Shown here: one piece after another, positions 39,835 through 50,320 of the stretch | Numbering within the stretch: position 1 is the first letter of the stretch | Layout: the number at the start of each line of letters is the position of its first letter | Assembly: GCA_963796455.1 (NCBI GenBank) | Contig: CAWCLO010000007.1 | Span: 192,001-256,000, forward strand | DNA from: Candidatus Sulfomarinibacteraceae bacterium | Lineage (GTDB): Bacteria; Acidobacteriota; Thermoanaerobaculia; Thermoanaerobaculales; Sulfomarinibacteraceae | Length of the DNA stretch: 64,000 nucleotides | Direction of reading: 5' to 3' | Translations under genes and position numbers: made by a program | The notes under the pieces: model-generated | The model's database searches: none | What the model saw: only the letters and a program-made list of their open reading frames with translations | What the model was told of the DNA's origin: nothing

Positions 39835-41355
39835 TTATAAAAATGGAGGACGGGCGCAAAAGCTTTGTTCGGATTGTCCGGCAGGGATCGTCTCGAAGTA
39901 GAGCGCCCGGTCCGGGAATCGACCGGCGAGGCGCAGCCAATTGTGGGGCATCGCGTTCACCACGACCACATCCCTATGCTTCCCCTCAACCCACTGGAAA
40001 TACCAAATGAGGCTCGAATTCTCCCAGGTCGAAAAAACCACAGCATCGCTTTCGATGTTTGTCAGAAGTCTTTCAGTCTCGAGGACGTAGATCTCGGTCC
40101 CATGCTTGTCGAGCGAAACGAAATGTGTCACGAGCTGGCCCAGCGCTACAGCAGAAAGCAACACCACGACGAGTACGCGGCCTCTGAAAGACCGCGTGAT
40201 TCGCGCCAGAACGAATGCCATGCCGAGCGCCAACACGAGGTAGAGGTGGATCAGGAAAACCGGTTCGAAAAACTTGGTATAGGTCGCGAAATACAGAATA
40301 TTCATCAGCGCCGTCGCTGCGACAAACACAAAAAACGGTCTCTGCTCCGATTTCGACTTCCAACCCGCGCCGCAGCTGATCACGCCTGCGGCACCAATCA
40401 CCAACAGAGCGGGGTTTTCGGTCCAGGCGGTTCGAAGGACGTGGGCTATGCCCGACAGCCATTTCAGTGACAACAGGCTGTCGCCGATCCCGGAAACCGC
40501 ACCGTATTGCTGAGCCAAAACAATCCACAGCACCCGGGAGAGCGGGTCGGAAAAACGTGGATCGGAGATTTCGACCGCGTATTGGTTGATGTAATTGATC
40601 GCGTTCGGGCGATCAAAAAAGAACAACAACCCGATCACGCCCGCACCCGCAGCATAGCTCGAAATGATCGACACAACTGACAGAAGGGGCCGGCGGGGGG
40701 CCGAGGATCGGATCGTCATGACGGTCCAGACCACAAGTCCCGGGACCATGAGAATTGAAGTCATGTGGTTACCGAGGGCAACTCCTGCCAGCGCCCAGAC
40801 AAGACAGAGCCGGAACATGGACGGCCGCTCCGGGAAACCAACCAGCAGCCACATGATCGCAACCAGCATCAGTCCATGCAGCGTGTAGACCTCGGCAAAT
40901 GTCGAATAGTTCCAGATCGAAGGCGTCAGCCCCACCAGGACGAGGACCGCCGCCGAGATCAGCGCGGACACTCGCAGTTTCCTCGAGATCACCGCCAGCA
41001 ATGCCAGGGACGCCAGACAGCAGGCGGCGCTGAAAAGATTGAGGGTGGTGGCCGCGGGAACAAAGAAAAACAACCACGACATCAGCTTGCCAATGACGAT
41101 GTACAGAGGATATCCGGTGGGATGAGCGAGGCCGAGGCTCACGGAGGCACTGACGAACTCGGCAGAATCGCCGGGGATCACCATCGGTGCTCGCGTCAGC
41201 CAGTAGACGATGGCGAGAACACCCAGGGCGACCGCCGGCGGCTTGAGGCTGTGCCAGCCACTATCTCCCTGGATGACCTCCATATCGCGATTCTTTGCCG
41301 CTGAGGTCATGGCGGCGTCAGCCCCGCCGCCGCTGGTCTGTTCGTCAGCTTCCAT
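39835..41355 (-). CDS. DUF2723/TMEM260-like membrane glycosyltransferase
   Basis: PGDSAEF...LGLAHPTGYPLY, AEVYTL and LGNH motifs, multiple TM helices. Confidence 0.85.
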   Translation of the reverse strand: MEADEQTSGGGADAAMTSAAKNRDMEVIQGDSGWHSLKPPAVALGVLAIVYWLTRAPMVIPGDSAEFVSASVSLGLAHPTGYPLYIVIGKLMSWLFFFVPAATTLNLFSAACCLASLALLAVISRKLRVSALISAAVLVLVGLTPSIWNYSTFAEVYTLHGLMLVAIMWLLVGFPERPSMFRLCLVWALAGVALGNHMTSILMVPGLVVWTVMTIRSSAPRRPLLSVVSIISSYAAGAGVIGLLFFFDRPNAINYINQYAVEISDPRFSDPLSRVLWIVLAQQYGAVSGIGDSLLSLKWLSGIAHVLRTAWTENPALLVIGAAGVISCGAGWKSKSEQRPFFVFVAATALMNILYFATYTKFFEPVFLIHLYLVLALGMAFVLARITRSFRGRVLVVVLLSAVALGQLVTHFVSLDKHGTEIYVLETERLLTNIESDAVVFSTWENSSLIWYFQWVEGKHRDVVVVNAMPHNWLRLAGRFPDRALYFETIPAGQSEQSFCARPPFL

Positions 41356-41471
41356 CCGCTTTCAGTCTACTGCACGTGGGAATCGACTCCCCTCTCGCAG
41401 CGCAACTCGGGACGCAAGAGAAATCTGTTACGGATCGGTCCGATTCGGCGACCCGATGACGCGGGGGAGTC

Positions 41472-41741
41472 TCAGGCTTTCGTCGTGAACCAGATGGTCG
41501 GCCGACCCTGGACGCCGGCTGCCATCATGACTTCCGTAAGCCGGGGGTTGTTCATAAAGGCCTTGGCCGCACCCATGCTTTCAAAATGATGATAGAGGGT
41601 CACATTGTTCGGGCTGTCCTCGGTCTGATAGACCCCGTGCCCGGTCACTCCCATCGTTGATCTCTCGTCATCAAAATCGTCGTAGGCCCGTTTCCACGTC
41701 GCAAAATCCGCCACATCGTGCCGTACAAACAGCGTTGCCAT
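41472..41741 (-). CDS. Small dimeric alpha/beta-barrel-like hypothetical protein
   Basis: VRHDVADFATWKRAYD...MMAAGVQGRPTIWF; GGAGG SD. Confidence 0.75.
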   Translation of the reverse strand: MATLFVRHDVADFATWKRAYDDFDDERSTMGVTGHGVYQTEDSPNNVTLYHHFESMGAAKAFMNNPRLTEVMMAAGVQGRPTIWFTTKA

Positions 41742-41886
41742 CAGCTGACCTCCCTTTGGTCGTACTCGTCAATCTGCCGGTTCTTATCGATTCACAATAG
41801 GCTTGGAGATTTCCAGAGTCAAGAAAGGGTCTCAGACTCTGTATAATACGAATACTCGACAGCCCAGACAATAAGGAGGATCGGAC

Positions 41887-42537
41887 ATGCGCCTCCAATC
41901 ATTCGTGACTCTGTTGATCGTGGCCATGACAGCAGTTTTGCCGGCCCATGCTCAGGAGATCGGTCAATGCCTGACGGCCGACGAAGTCGAACTGGGCGCT
42001 CTGATCAACCAGTACCGCGAGGACAACGCTCTCCTCCCGGTGCCGGTTTCGATATCGCTCACCACCGTCGCACAGTGGCACGTGTGGGATCTTGTGAACA
42101 ACAACCCGGTCGGCGGTGACTGCAACCTGCACAGTTGGTCCGATTATGGAACGCTGTGGAATGCCCTTTGCTACACCTCCGATCATGCCCAGGCCTCCGG
42201 TATGTGGAGCAAGCCATCGGAGATCACGGGCGGTCTGTACTCGGCCAACGGATACGAGATCGCGGCGTCTTCGGGCGGTATCATCACACCATTGGGCGCT
42301 CTTAACGCCTGGAAGAACAGCCCCGGGCACAATGACGTCATCCTCAACCAGGGGATTTGGGCATCGCGAAACCCGTGGCCGGCCATGGGAATCGGCATGC
42401 TCGACGGATACGCAGTTGTCTGGTTCGGTGATTCGGCAGATCCCGCCGGCACCATTGCCGAGTGCGCCGCCGCATTTTTCAGCGACGGATTTGAAAACGG
42501 CGACACCGAGAGTTGGTCGGCCACAGTTTCCGATTGA
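41887..42537 (+). CDS. Secreted CAP/SCP-domain protein with C-terminal FxDGFE motif
   Basis: Signal peptide, LINQYR, WKNSPGHNDVILN and C-terminal FFSDGFENGDTESWS. Confidence 0.85.
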   Translation: MRLQSFVTLLIVAMTAVLPAHAQEIGQCLTADEVELGALINQYREDNALLPVPVSISLTTVAQWHVWDLVNNNPVGGDCNLHSWSDYGTLWNALCYTSDHAQASGMWSKPSEITGGLYSANGYEIAASSGGIITPLGALNAWKNSPGHNDVILNQGIWASRNPWPAMGIGMLDGYAVVWFGDSADPAGTIAECAAAFFSDGFENGDTESWSATVSD

Positions 42538-42699
42538 CCGACAGTCAGATTTCGTGCCACGCGCGGCAGAAGTTTGACCGTACCTCCTACTCGGAGAGTC
42601 GTGCCGTGACCAGCCCGCAGGAGGTGGTCTCGCGGCCTCGGACGCGGACGCGGGCGCGGGAATCGAGTAGAATCGCGGGTCGATGTATGGAGGCCCGTG

Positions 42700-44871
42700 A
42701 TGTCCCTTGAATCAATCAAGAATCGCGCCGCCGAGGCGCTCGCTGCGGCGCTCGAGGCCGAGTTCGGCCATCGCCCGGATGGGGTGGCGCTCGAGGTGCC
42801 GCCGCGGCGTGAGCTTGGCGATCTCGCCTGGCCCGGGGCGCTCCCTCTGGCCCGAGTGCTCAAAACCAATCCCCGCCAGATTGCTGAAAAGGTGGCGGAA
42901 AAGGCCGAGTGGCCAGAGGATATCGAAAGGGTCGAGATCGCGGGACCGGGTTTCCTCAATCTCTATCTGGTGCGCAACCGTTTGCTCATGGATCTTCTGA
43001 AACACGATCACGATGAACAACAATCGTCATCGATCAAGACAATCGTCGAACACACAGCCATCAACCCCAACAAGGCGGCCCACATCGGCCATCTCCGCAA
43101 CTGCGTTCTGGGGGACATCCTGGGGCGGAGTCTCCGCAGCCTCGGTTCCGAGGTCGAGATCCAGAACTACATCGACGACACCGGTGTACAGGTTGCGGAC
43201 GTCGTGGTTGGCGTGCTGTACCTGCCGGAAACCGAGCTTGCGGGTTGCCTGGGGATCGAGCCGTGCCGCCGCGACGAGCTCATCGAAAATGTTGTCGAAC
43301 GGCTGCCGGGTCATGTGATTCCTCCCCCATCCACCACCGATTTCGACGATCTCTGTTGGGAGATCTACCCCCGTGTCACCGCCAGATACCCGGAGGACGA
43401 GGCATTGGCGGAGCGACGCGCCGAGGTCCTCCACCACATTGAAGCTGGGTCCGAAGGTCTCGAACTCGATCAGGCCCTCCAGTTGCTGCACGGATCGGTG
43501 GTCGCCGGAGACGAATTCAACGGACGTGCTGTCGCACGTCTCGCCGAGGCAGTGGCCGACGGCAATGTGCGCTGTCACCAGGCCACTACCGCCCGGCTCG
43601 GCATCGCCTATGACCTGCTGACCCACGAATCGGACATTCTCCACCTGGGGTTCTGGCAGCGGGCCTTCGAGATCCTGCGCGACGCCGAGGCCATCCGACT
43701 CGAAGACGCCGGCAAGAACTCCGGTTGCTGGGTGATGTCCCTCGCCTCAAGCCCCGAGTTCGCCGACATGGACGACCCCGACAAAATTCTGGTGCGCTCG
43801 AACGGCACCGTGACCTACACCGGCAAGGACATCGCCTACCAGCTGTGGAAGCTCGGGCTCCTGGTCGAGGCCGACGGCACGAAACACGATTTTGGCTACC
43901 GGACATTCGCCGATTGGGGCCAACCGGGTCCGGCCGCGCCGGTTGAGTACGGAGCCGGCACCAATGATCTTGTCCGAACCACCTCCGATTCTTCCGAGAT
44001 CGTCCCGGGCCATGCCTTTGGCAGCGGCAACAGGGTCTACAACGTCATCGATGTTCGCCAGTCCTATCCGCAGAAGGTGGTCAAGGAGGCGGTGCGGGTC
44101 CTCGGCCATCCCGACGCCGCGGACAACTCAATCCACTTTTCCTACGAGATGGTGGCATTGACTCCGGCCGCCGTCCGGGTCATCGAGGAACGCACCGGGT
44201 CCTCCTTCGGTCTCAGCGACGACGAGATGAAAAAATCCTATATCGAGATGTCCGGCCGCCGCGGAATCGGCGTCAAGGCCGACGAGTTCCTCGATGTCCT
44301 GACCGACGCCGCCGAAGACGCCATCGTGCAACGGATGGACGGCACTGGAGCTCCGGCTGACGTCGCAGACCGGTCGCGGACCATCGCCGTCGGCGCGTTG
44401 CGCTATCTCATGGCCCGCCAGTCACGCAACCGGGTCCTCGCCTTCGACTTTGACGAGGCGCTCGCCTTCGAGGGCGATACCGGGCCCTATCTCCAATACT
44501 CGGCGGTGCGGGCGAAGAAAGTCTTTCAAAAGTTGCAGGATCGCCGTGGTGAGGGGCGGCTTCTACCCGAGGAGGTCGAGGGGCTTTCGGGGGCCGGGAT
44601 CGCCGACGATCTCTGGGGTCTCGTGCTGCAGTGCGCCCAGCGGCGTGAGGTGGTGGCCCAGGCGGTTTCGAATCTCGAGTTCTCGATACTCGCGCAGCAC
44701 GTCCACGATCTCGCGCAACTCTTCCACCGCCTCTACCACGCCCATCCGGTGGTGCCCGAGGACGACGAAGATGTTCGCCGCATGCGCCGCGCGGTATTCA
44801 CCCTCTTCAACGACGAGATGGGAATCTTGCTGGAAGATCTTCTGGGAATACCGATTCCCGAAGAAATGTAG
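42700..44871 (+). CDS. argS: Arginine--tRNA ligase
   Basis: AGPGFLN, NPNKAAHIGHLRN, RSNGT..Y, MSGRRG and GDTGPYLQYS motifs. Confidence 0.96.
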   Translation: MSLESIKNRAAEALAAALEAEFGHRPDGVALEVPPRRELGDLAWPGALPLARVLKTNPRQIAEKVAEKAEWPEDIERVEIAGPGFLNLYLVRNRLLMDLLKHDHDEQQSSSIKTIVEHTAINPNKAAHIGHLRNCVLGDILGRSLRSLGSEVEIQNYIDDTGVQVADVVVGVLYLPETELAGCLGIEPCRRDELIENVVERLPGHVIPPPSTTDFDDLCWEIYPRVTARYPEDEALAERRAEVLHHIEAGSEGLELDQALQLLHGSVVAGDEFNGRAVARLAEAVADGNVRCHQATTARLGIAYDLLTHESDILHLGFWQRAFEILRDAEAIRLEDAGKNSGCWVMSLASSPEFADMDDPDKILVRSNGTVTYTGKDIAYQLWKLGLLVEADGTKHDFGYRTFADWGQPGPAAPVEYGAGTNDLVRTTSDSSEIVPGHAFGSGNRVYNVIDVRQSYPQKVVKEAVRVLGHPDAADNSIHFSYEMVALTPAAVRVIEERTGSSFGLSDDEMKKSYIEMSGRRGIGVKADEFLDVLTDAAEDAIVQRMDGTGAPADVADRSRTIAVGALRYLMARQSRNRVLAFDFDEALAFEGDTGPYLQYSAVRAKKVFQKLQDRRGEGRLLPEEVEGLSGAGIADDLWGLVLQCAQRREVVAQAVSNLEFSILAQHVHDLAQLFHRLYHAHPVVPEDDEDVRRMRRAVFTLFNDEMGILLEDLLGIPIPEEM

Positions 44872-44945
44872 ACGAGGAATGAGGAATTGAGAGTTCGAAG
44901 TTCGGAGTTCGGAGTGCGACGAGCCTGCATTTTTTTGGGGAATTT

Positions 44946-45434
44946 ATGACTGACGAAAAACGAACGGCCAGATATCAGCGCATCGCCGACCAGCTTGGTG
45001 AGCTGATCGCCAAGACGGATGACCGGACGGCTCATTGCGCCACCGCCGCCGCCCTGCTCCACCACAAGATCCCCGGGGTCTCGTGGACCGGCTTTTATTT
45101 CATCAAGGACGGCGAGTTGGTGGTCGATGCCTACCAGGGCCCGGTGGCATGTCTGGTTTTGAATCGTCACGAGGGTGTGTGTTGGGCCGCCATCGACAGC
45201 AACGTCACCCAACTTGTCGCCGATGTACACGCCGTCGAGAGCCACATCGCGTGCGACGCCAATACCCGCTCCGAGGTCGTTGTGCCGATCCACGACAAGG
45301 ACGGATCGCCGATCGGGGTCCTCGACATCGACTCGCACAATACAGCCCATTTTTCGGAGACTGATGCCGCCGGTTACGAGGTGATCGTGAATCTCCTCGA
45401 AAACCGATGGAATACTCCGTCGCCGGGCGCGTAA
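44946..45434 (+). CDS. msrC: GAF-domain free methionine-R-sulfoxide reductase-like protein
   Basis: WTGFY, YQGPVAC, GVC, HIACD...SEVVVP and GVLDIDS motifs. Confidence 0.8.
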   Translation: MTDEKRTARYQRIADQLGELIAKTDDRTAHCATAAALLHHKIPGVSWTGFYFIKDGELVVDAYQGPVACLVLNRHEGVCWAAIDSNVTQLVADVHAVESHIACDANTRSEVVVPIHDKDGSPIGVLDIDSHNTAHFSETDAAGYEVIVNLLENRWNTPSPGA

Positions 45435-45442
45435 GGGAGGGC

Positions 45443-46081
45443 GTGAGCATTGCCATGACGAATCCGCAAGGCCTCCCACCAGCGGCGGCGATCCCAGCGC
45501 CCACCGAGGCGCAAACTGTGGTCCTCGCGCAAAAGGGCGAGACCGCGGCCCTGGATGAACTTGCACGAAGCTGTCGCAAGCAAGCCTATGTCTTTGCATT
45601 GCAGCTGATCGGCAACCCCGATGAGGCCCTCGACGTCGCTCAGGACGCAATGGTCCGCTTCTTCCGCTCACTCGATCGTTTCGACGCCACGCGGCCGGTG
45701 CGCCCGTGGTTACTCAGGATCGTGCGGAATCTGGTCCGCGACCGCGCGCGCAGGATGCGGGTCCGACGGACCGAGTCATTGGAACCTGCCAGTGACGATG
45801 CGATTCGTTTCGACCCACGAGATTCCGGTCCGGATCCGGAGATCATGGCCGCACGCCACCAGTTACAGGCAGCGGTGTGGCGATACGTGCAAGAACTACC
45901 GCCGCGATATCGCGAGGTTCTGGTTCTCCGCGACTACCAGGATCTCAGCTACGCTGAGATCGCGACGACTTTGAGAATTCCACGAGGAACGGTGATGTCT
46001 CGGTTGCACAGGGCGCGGCGTCTTCTCCGCGAGGCGCTGCAGGGACACGAGTTATTCACCGGGGAGGTCAGAGATGACTGA
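45443..46081 (+). CDS. ECF RNA polymerase sigma factor
   Basis: ALDVAQDA, PWLLRIVRN and LSYAEIA..L.IPRGTVMSRLHRAR motifs. Confidence 0.95.
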   Translation: MSIAMTNPQGLPPAAAIPAPTEAQTVVLAQKGETAALDELARSCRKQAYVFALQLIGNPDEALDVAQDAMVRFFRSLDRFDATRPVRPWLLRIVRNLVRDRARRMRVRRTESLEPASDDAIRFDPRDSGPDPEIMAARHQLQAAVWRYVQELPPRYREVLVLRDYQDLSYAEIATTLRIPRGTVMSRLHRARRLLREALQGHELFTGEVRDD

Positions 46082-46517
46082 CCGATGCCCCAAAGAGTTC
46101 GACGAGACCCTGATTTCAGGGCACATCGACGGCGAGCTCACGCAGGCCACGGAGCAGAAGGTCCGCATCCACATCGATGATTGTGACCACTGCCGCGGGC
46201 TCTTCGATGAGCTCTCGACCATGAGGGAGGCCACGATGTCTACCGCTTTCAGGATTCCGGACGACAGCCAGTGGGATGAGCGCCCGAGGAGCGGAGCGAG
46301 CTTTGCTGCCCGAAACCTGGGCTGGGCTATCGGGATCCTCTGGGCGGTTTTCTTTTCGGGCTTTGCTCTGTGGCAGATTTGGCACGGGTCTGAGAACCTG
46401 GTCGAACGATTGCTCGTTTTCGGCGGGCTCAGTGCCTTTGTTTTGCTTTTTGTCTCGGTCCTTCTCGATAGGATCCAAGTGGCGAAGACAGATCCCTACC
46501 GGGAGGTTGAGAAATGA
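46074..46517 (+). CDS. Zinc-binding (zf-HC2) membrane anti-sigma factor
   Basis: HIDGEL...HIDDCDHC, two TM helices, overlaps the sigma gene. Confidence 0.9.
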   Translation: MTDRCPKEFDETLISGHIDGELTQATEQKVRIHIDDCDHCRGLFDELSTMREATMSTAFRIPDDSQWDERPRSGASFAARNLGWAIGILWAVFFSGFALWQIWHGSENLVERLLVFGGLSAFVLLFVSVLLDRIQVAKTDPYREVEK

Positions 46518-46834
46518 TTGTCGTTTCCGACAACAGCATCGCCGGCAAAAAGGTGGTTCGGACCCTCGGGTTGGTGCGAGGCAACACGATTCGCGCCCGT
46601 CACCTCGGCAAAGACATACTGGCGGTCATGCGCAATATCGTCGGCGGTGAGGTCTCGGAGTACACCAAGATGATGGCCGAAGCCCGCGAACAGGCCCTTG
46701 ATCGGATGGTGGAAGAGGCCGAGGAACTGGGAGCCAACGCGGTCATCGGCACCCGTTTCATGACCTCGATGCTCATGCAGGGAGCAGCCGAACTCCTGGC
46801 CTACGGCACCGCCGTCATCATCGAAGACGAGTGA
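46514..46834 (+). CDS. YbjQ/UPF0145 family protein
   Basis: RNIVGGEVSEYT...AREQAL.RM...A..LGANAVIG and YGTAV motifs. Confidence 0.93.
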   Translation: MIVVSDNSIAGKKVVRTLGLVRGNTIRARHLGKDILAVMRNIVGGEVSEYTKMMAEAREQALDRMVEEAEELGANAVIGTRFMTSMLMQGAAELLAYGTAVIIEDE

Positions 46835-46874
46835 CTCTGCGAACTCTCCGGACTCAACGACAAACGTCTTTCGT

Positions 46875-47411
46875 TTAGAAAGTCCAGACGACCCCGGCGT
46901 TCGCGCCAAAGCCCCCGAGATCCATATTGCCGATTATCCGGTCCCCACCCGAGGCGTAGACCACATCGGCCGTGCCATAGCGGTAGATCGCTTCAACAAA
47001 AAAACTGGTTCTTTTCTGGCCGAAACTGATACCAAAAAGTCCGTACGCCCCAAATTCTTTGGAGATGCTGGCATCGTTGAGATTTGCCCAGAAATAGGTG
47101 ATGCCGGCGCCAACGTACGGTTTCACCTTGCCTGTAGTGTTGAACAGGTAGCGTGCGCCGAGGTCCGTCGGGATGACCTGGAGGTCATCCACGAAGCCGC
47201 CAATCGTATTGACATCGCCGGACGTGGGATACCACGTCCAGGTGAGATCACCGACCCAGTGCTCACCCCCGATGGTGAGGCGCATGCCGATACCCGGCTC
47301 GTTCGCATCGTCACTCAACTGGGCGTATGACCCGAAAAGACTGTAACCGCCACCGGCCCAAACCGGGGTCGCCAGAATGCAGATTCCGAGCACCAGAAGA
47401 ACCTTGCGCAT
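46875..47411 (-). CDS. Outer-membrane beta-barrel protein (OmpW/OmpA-like)
   Basis: Signal peptide, KPYVGAG and terminal Phe (VVWTF). Confidence 0.85.
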   Translation of the reverse strand: MRKVLLVLGICILATPVWAGGGYSLFGSYAQLSDDANEPGIGMRLTIGGEHWVGDLTWTWYPTSGDVNTIGGFVDDLQVIPTDLGARYLFNTTGKVKPYVGAGITYFWANLNDASISKEFGAYGLFGISFGQKRTSFFVEAIYRYGTADVVYASGGDRIIGNMDLGGFGANAGVVWTF

Positions 47412-47549
47412 GTATACCTCCGCCTACGCAACAAAAAATTAGATCGCAACTTTCGCGCTCTCTCTTAAATATTGTATTACATAAGCTTTTCGGCGGCTGG
47501 TCGGAGTGGGGTTCCACGACCGGCAACGACCGTTTTGACGCTCGAGGCT

Positions 47550-47996
47550 CTAGTCCTCGACCTTCGTCCAGGTCACCGCCCGATAGAGGTTGCTGCTTTC
47601 AATGGTCCGGACTTTTTCAAGCTCGGCCCAGATCTCCTGCCATTCCTCGGCAGTATTGATCTCGCCGGCCAACTCACCCATCCGGCCCAGAGCCTTTTCG
47701 TAGCCCGCGAGAGTTTCGACGGACCACCACACCACGACGTCTCCGTCTCCGGCCTTTCCGGTTGTTTTCATCATGACGCCGTAATCGAGGATCAGACCCT
47801 CCGCCTTGACCGCTTCGAGCAAGACGACATAGCCCTTTCCGAGGTAGTCGAGGAAGGTCGCGTCCCCGTAGGTAGCCAGTTCAAAGACATCGACATTGAC
47901 CCAGGGTCCGTCGTCGGCTTCGAATTCGGCAGCAACGGCAAAGGGGGCGATCGCAAGCGTGCACAGCAGAATGGCGACTCGAAGAACTGGCTTCAT
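47550..47996 (-). CDS. Secreted hypothetical protein
   Basis: GAGGAGG SD and signal peptide MKPVLRVAILLCTLAIAPFAVA. Confidence 0.75.
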   Translation of the reverse strand: MKPVLRVAILLCTLAIAPFAVAAEFEADDGPWVNVDVFELATYGDATFLDYLGKGYVVLLEAVKAEGLILDYGVMMKTTGKAGDGDVVVWWSVETLAGYEKALGRMGELAGEINTAEEWQEIWAELEKVRTIESSNLYRAVTWTKVED

Positions 47997-48121
47997 GGGG
48001 TTCCTCCTCGGTATTTTTCCTGGTGATTCCACTATGCAGAGCAGTGTTGAGGAAGTCAAGGATGCGTTCGTCTTCGGAGATGCAGATACAGAATGCAGGA
48101 TGCCGGATTCTGGATGTGGGT

Positions 48122-48647
48122 TCACTCTTGTCCAAGACAGTGTCTCGGACAGCGTTCAGGAACGGCCCTGAAGGTGGGCCAAGGCCCACCTTCAGAGTTG
48201 TGTCCCGCTGGCTGGATCACCCAGCCCAGGCGGGAAGTATCGGACAGCGATCAGGGGCAGCGGCAGCGAACAGTCGCCAGCGGCAGTGTTCAGTCATCAG
48301 CGTCAGCGATCAGCGGCCGGGACAGTGAACAGCACTCATTTCTTCGAGGATCCGGCCTTGGTGGTGCGGCCGTCTCGGCCGCACGGTGGGCAGGCAAGAC
48401 GCCGACACCACAGCGGCTGTTCCTTCTGTTGAACGACCCGGAGGTGGCCACGCCGTCACTGCACCTGATTGCTGCCGCTGAACTCTGATCACTGTTCGCT
48501 GAACCTGGACACTGTCGCTGCCGCTGCAATTCGGGAGCGGGATCGGGTACGTGCCAATCGCGAACCGATAATGCCTAAAACCAACCCGAAGACCTTCTAT
48601 TGTCCTGGATGCGATTTCACGTGAAGATTTGTTTTCGACAGCAGCAA
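48122..48647 (-). mobile_element. E4: short non-coding TIR element, degenerate, with nested palindrome
   Basis: TIR TCACTCTTGTCCAAGACAG at 48122 and degenerate TTTGTTTTCGACAGCAG near 48628. Same central cassette as E1/E8. Extra palindrome at 48168-48195. No intact flanking repeat. Confidence 0.78.
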
Positions 48648-48662
48648 AACTGGATGCTGGAT

Positions 48663-49565
48663 TCAAAAACCCCACGGGAGTGTCCCCGTGTAACCCGAGC
48701 GGGTGTCCACGGTATAGCCCTCGACCTTGACCTCGATGGTCCGCCATTTATCGGTCCCCACGCCTGAGGCCTCAAAGGTGAGGATGTATCGAGAGGACAG
48801 TTCTCTGACCAACTCGTCGACGATCTCCGGCATAACCTCCGCCTTTGGGATGCGCCGGTAATGGCCTCCGGAAGCCTCTGCGATCATCGTCAGGATCTCC
48901 TCGTACGAAGGCCCATCGGATTCCATGGAAGGAGGTGGCGGTTCCACACCGAGCACATAGATCGGTGTTTCGAGACGCCGGACCACATCCATTGCCTGTT
49001 CAGGGCTCATCTGCGAGGCATTGTCGACACCATCCGTGAGGAGGATGGCGGCACGTCGGTGATGGCGAGCCTTCTCGAGCATCTCGGGCACCCGACGCGC
49101 CATATCGTAGATTGCCGTGGTGCTCCACGGTTTGAGCGTCTCGAGAACCCGCGGCAGCAGATACCAACCCATACCAAAGGGGAATTTTTCGAGCACACGG
49201 TCGTCACCAAAGGTCCACAGAGCCAACTGATCTTCGGGCCGGCGGCGCTCCAGGAATGCAGAGATCAACTGTTTGCTTCCCGACAGCTTGCGACCCGACA
49301 TTGAACCAGAGGTATCGAGGATAAAGCCGAGACTGATCGGCAGATCTGTTTCAAGATTCAAATCCTGGATCCGGACCTTGAGCCCATCGACATAGAGTTC
49401 GAATTTTTGCCGGGAGATACCGGTGACCACACGACCCTTGGCGTTTCGGACCGTCACCGGAACAACCACGGCATTGATGTCGACCTGACCCTGGTATTGA
49501 GCCTCGACGCCGCTCGCGACGCCGACGACGGCGATCGCGCAAAAAAGAAGGGCCCGCCGCATCAA
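48663..49565 (-). CDS. VWA domain-containing protein
   Basis: ILDTSGSM MIDAS motif, TAIYD, LLTDGVDNAS and IAEASGG. Confidence 0.92.
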   Translation of the reverse strand: MMRRALLFCAIAVVGVASGVEAQYQGQVDINAVVVPVTVRNAKGRVVTGISRQKFELYVDGLKVRIQDLNLETDLPISLGFILDTSGSMSGRKLSGSKQLISAFLERRRPEDQLALWTFGDDRVLEKFPFGMGWYLLPRVLETLKPWSTTAIYDMARRVPEMLEKARHHRRAAILLTDGVDNASQMSPEQAMDVVRRLETPIYVLGVEPPPPSMESDGPSYEEILTMIAEASGGHYRRIPKAEVMPEIVDELVRELSSRYILTFEASGVGTDKWRTIEVKVEGYTVDTRSGYTGTLPWGF

Positions 49566-49894
49566 TTCTCGGGTTCGCCCGACTCGAGGAGGTCGGCACG
49601 GACATCGCGCCCGGTTGCCCTGCGGATTCGGTCGCCGATGCCTTCGATCGCCGGACCGCTTTCATCGAGGTCAATCCTCAGGACGCGGTGGATGGGAACA
49701 AAGAAGGTCGTCGGAGCGATCATCGCTTCCGAAGCAGTGCGAAGCTGGCGCAACCAGTCGTCGACCGCACCGAGCTCGAGGCCGCGCAGGACCAGCCCCA
49801 CGGCGTCAAGCCGGACCACGACCCCCCACATTTTTTCCTTGGGGCTGCCGCAGTGAAGAATCACCAGGGAACCGTCACCTATGCCGTCCACCAT
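49562..49894 (-). CDS. Hypothetical protein
   Basis: Compact ORF filling the operon between mce and the VWA gene. Confidence 0.7.
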   Translation of the reverse strand: MVDGIGDGSLVILHCGSPKEKMWGVVVRLDAVGLVLRGLELGAVDDWLRQLRTASEAMIAPTTFFVPIHRVLRIDLDESGPAIEGIGDRIRRATGRDVRADLLESGEPEN

Positions 49895-49903
49895 TCGAGC
49901 CTA

Positions 49904-50320
49904 CTACACCGAGATCTCGCCACCATCCGCCGGTTGCGAGAGCTCGAGCAAAACCCCGCCGGTCGACTTGGGATGGACAAAACAGACCAGGCAGTCGTGG
50001 GCTCCACGCTGCGGTTCTTCGGACAATAGGCGATAGCCGCGCGCCGTCAACTCCGCCATCGCAGCCCGGATATCAGGAACCCGGAGGCAAACATGATGCA
50101 ACCCGGGGCCTCTCCGTTCAAGGTGGCGCGCAATCGGTGAGGAAGCATCGATCGGCTCGAGCAACTCGATACGGCTGTCGCCGACCGGGAGGAAGGCCAC
50201 CCGGACGCCCTGTTCGATGACTTCCTCGGTCCCCTCGACCTCGAGGCCGAGAGCCTCGTAGATGCCAAGTCGCTCCTCGATGGAATCGACGGCGATCCCG
50301 AGATGATCCAAAACCGTCAT
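49904..50320 (-). CDS. mce: Methylmalonyl-CoA epimerase
   Basis: [27 protein letters not shown] and [14 protein letters not shown] motifs. Confidence 0.93.
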   Translation of the reverse strand: MTVLDHLGIAVDSIEERLGIYEALGLEVEGTEEVIEQGVRVAFLPVGDSRIELLEPIDASSPIARHLERRGPGLHHVCLRVPDIRAAMAELTARGYRLLSEEPQRGAHDCLVCFVHPKSTGGVLLELSQPADGGEISV

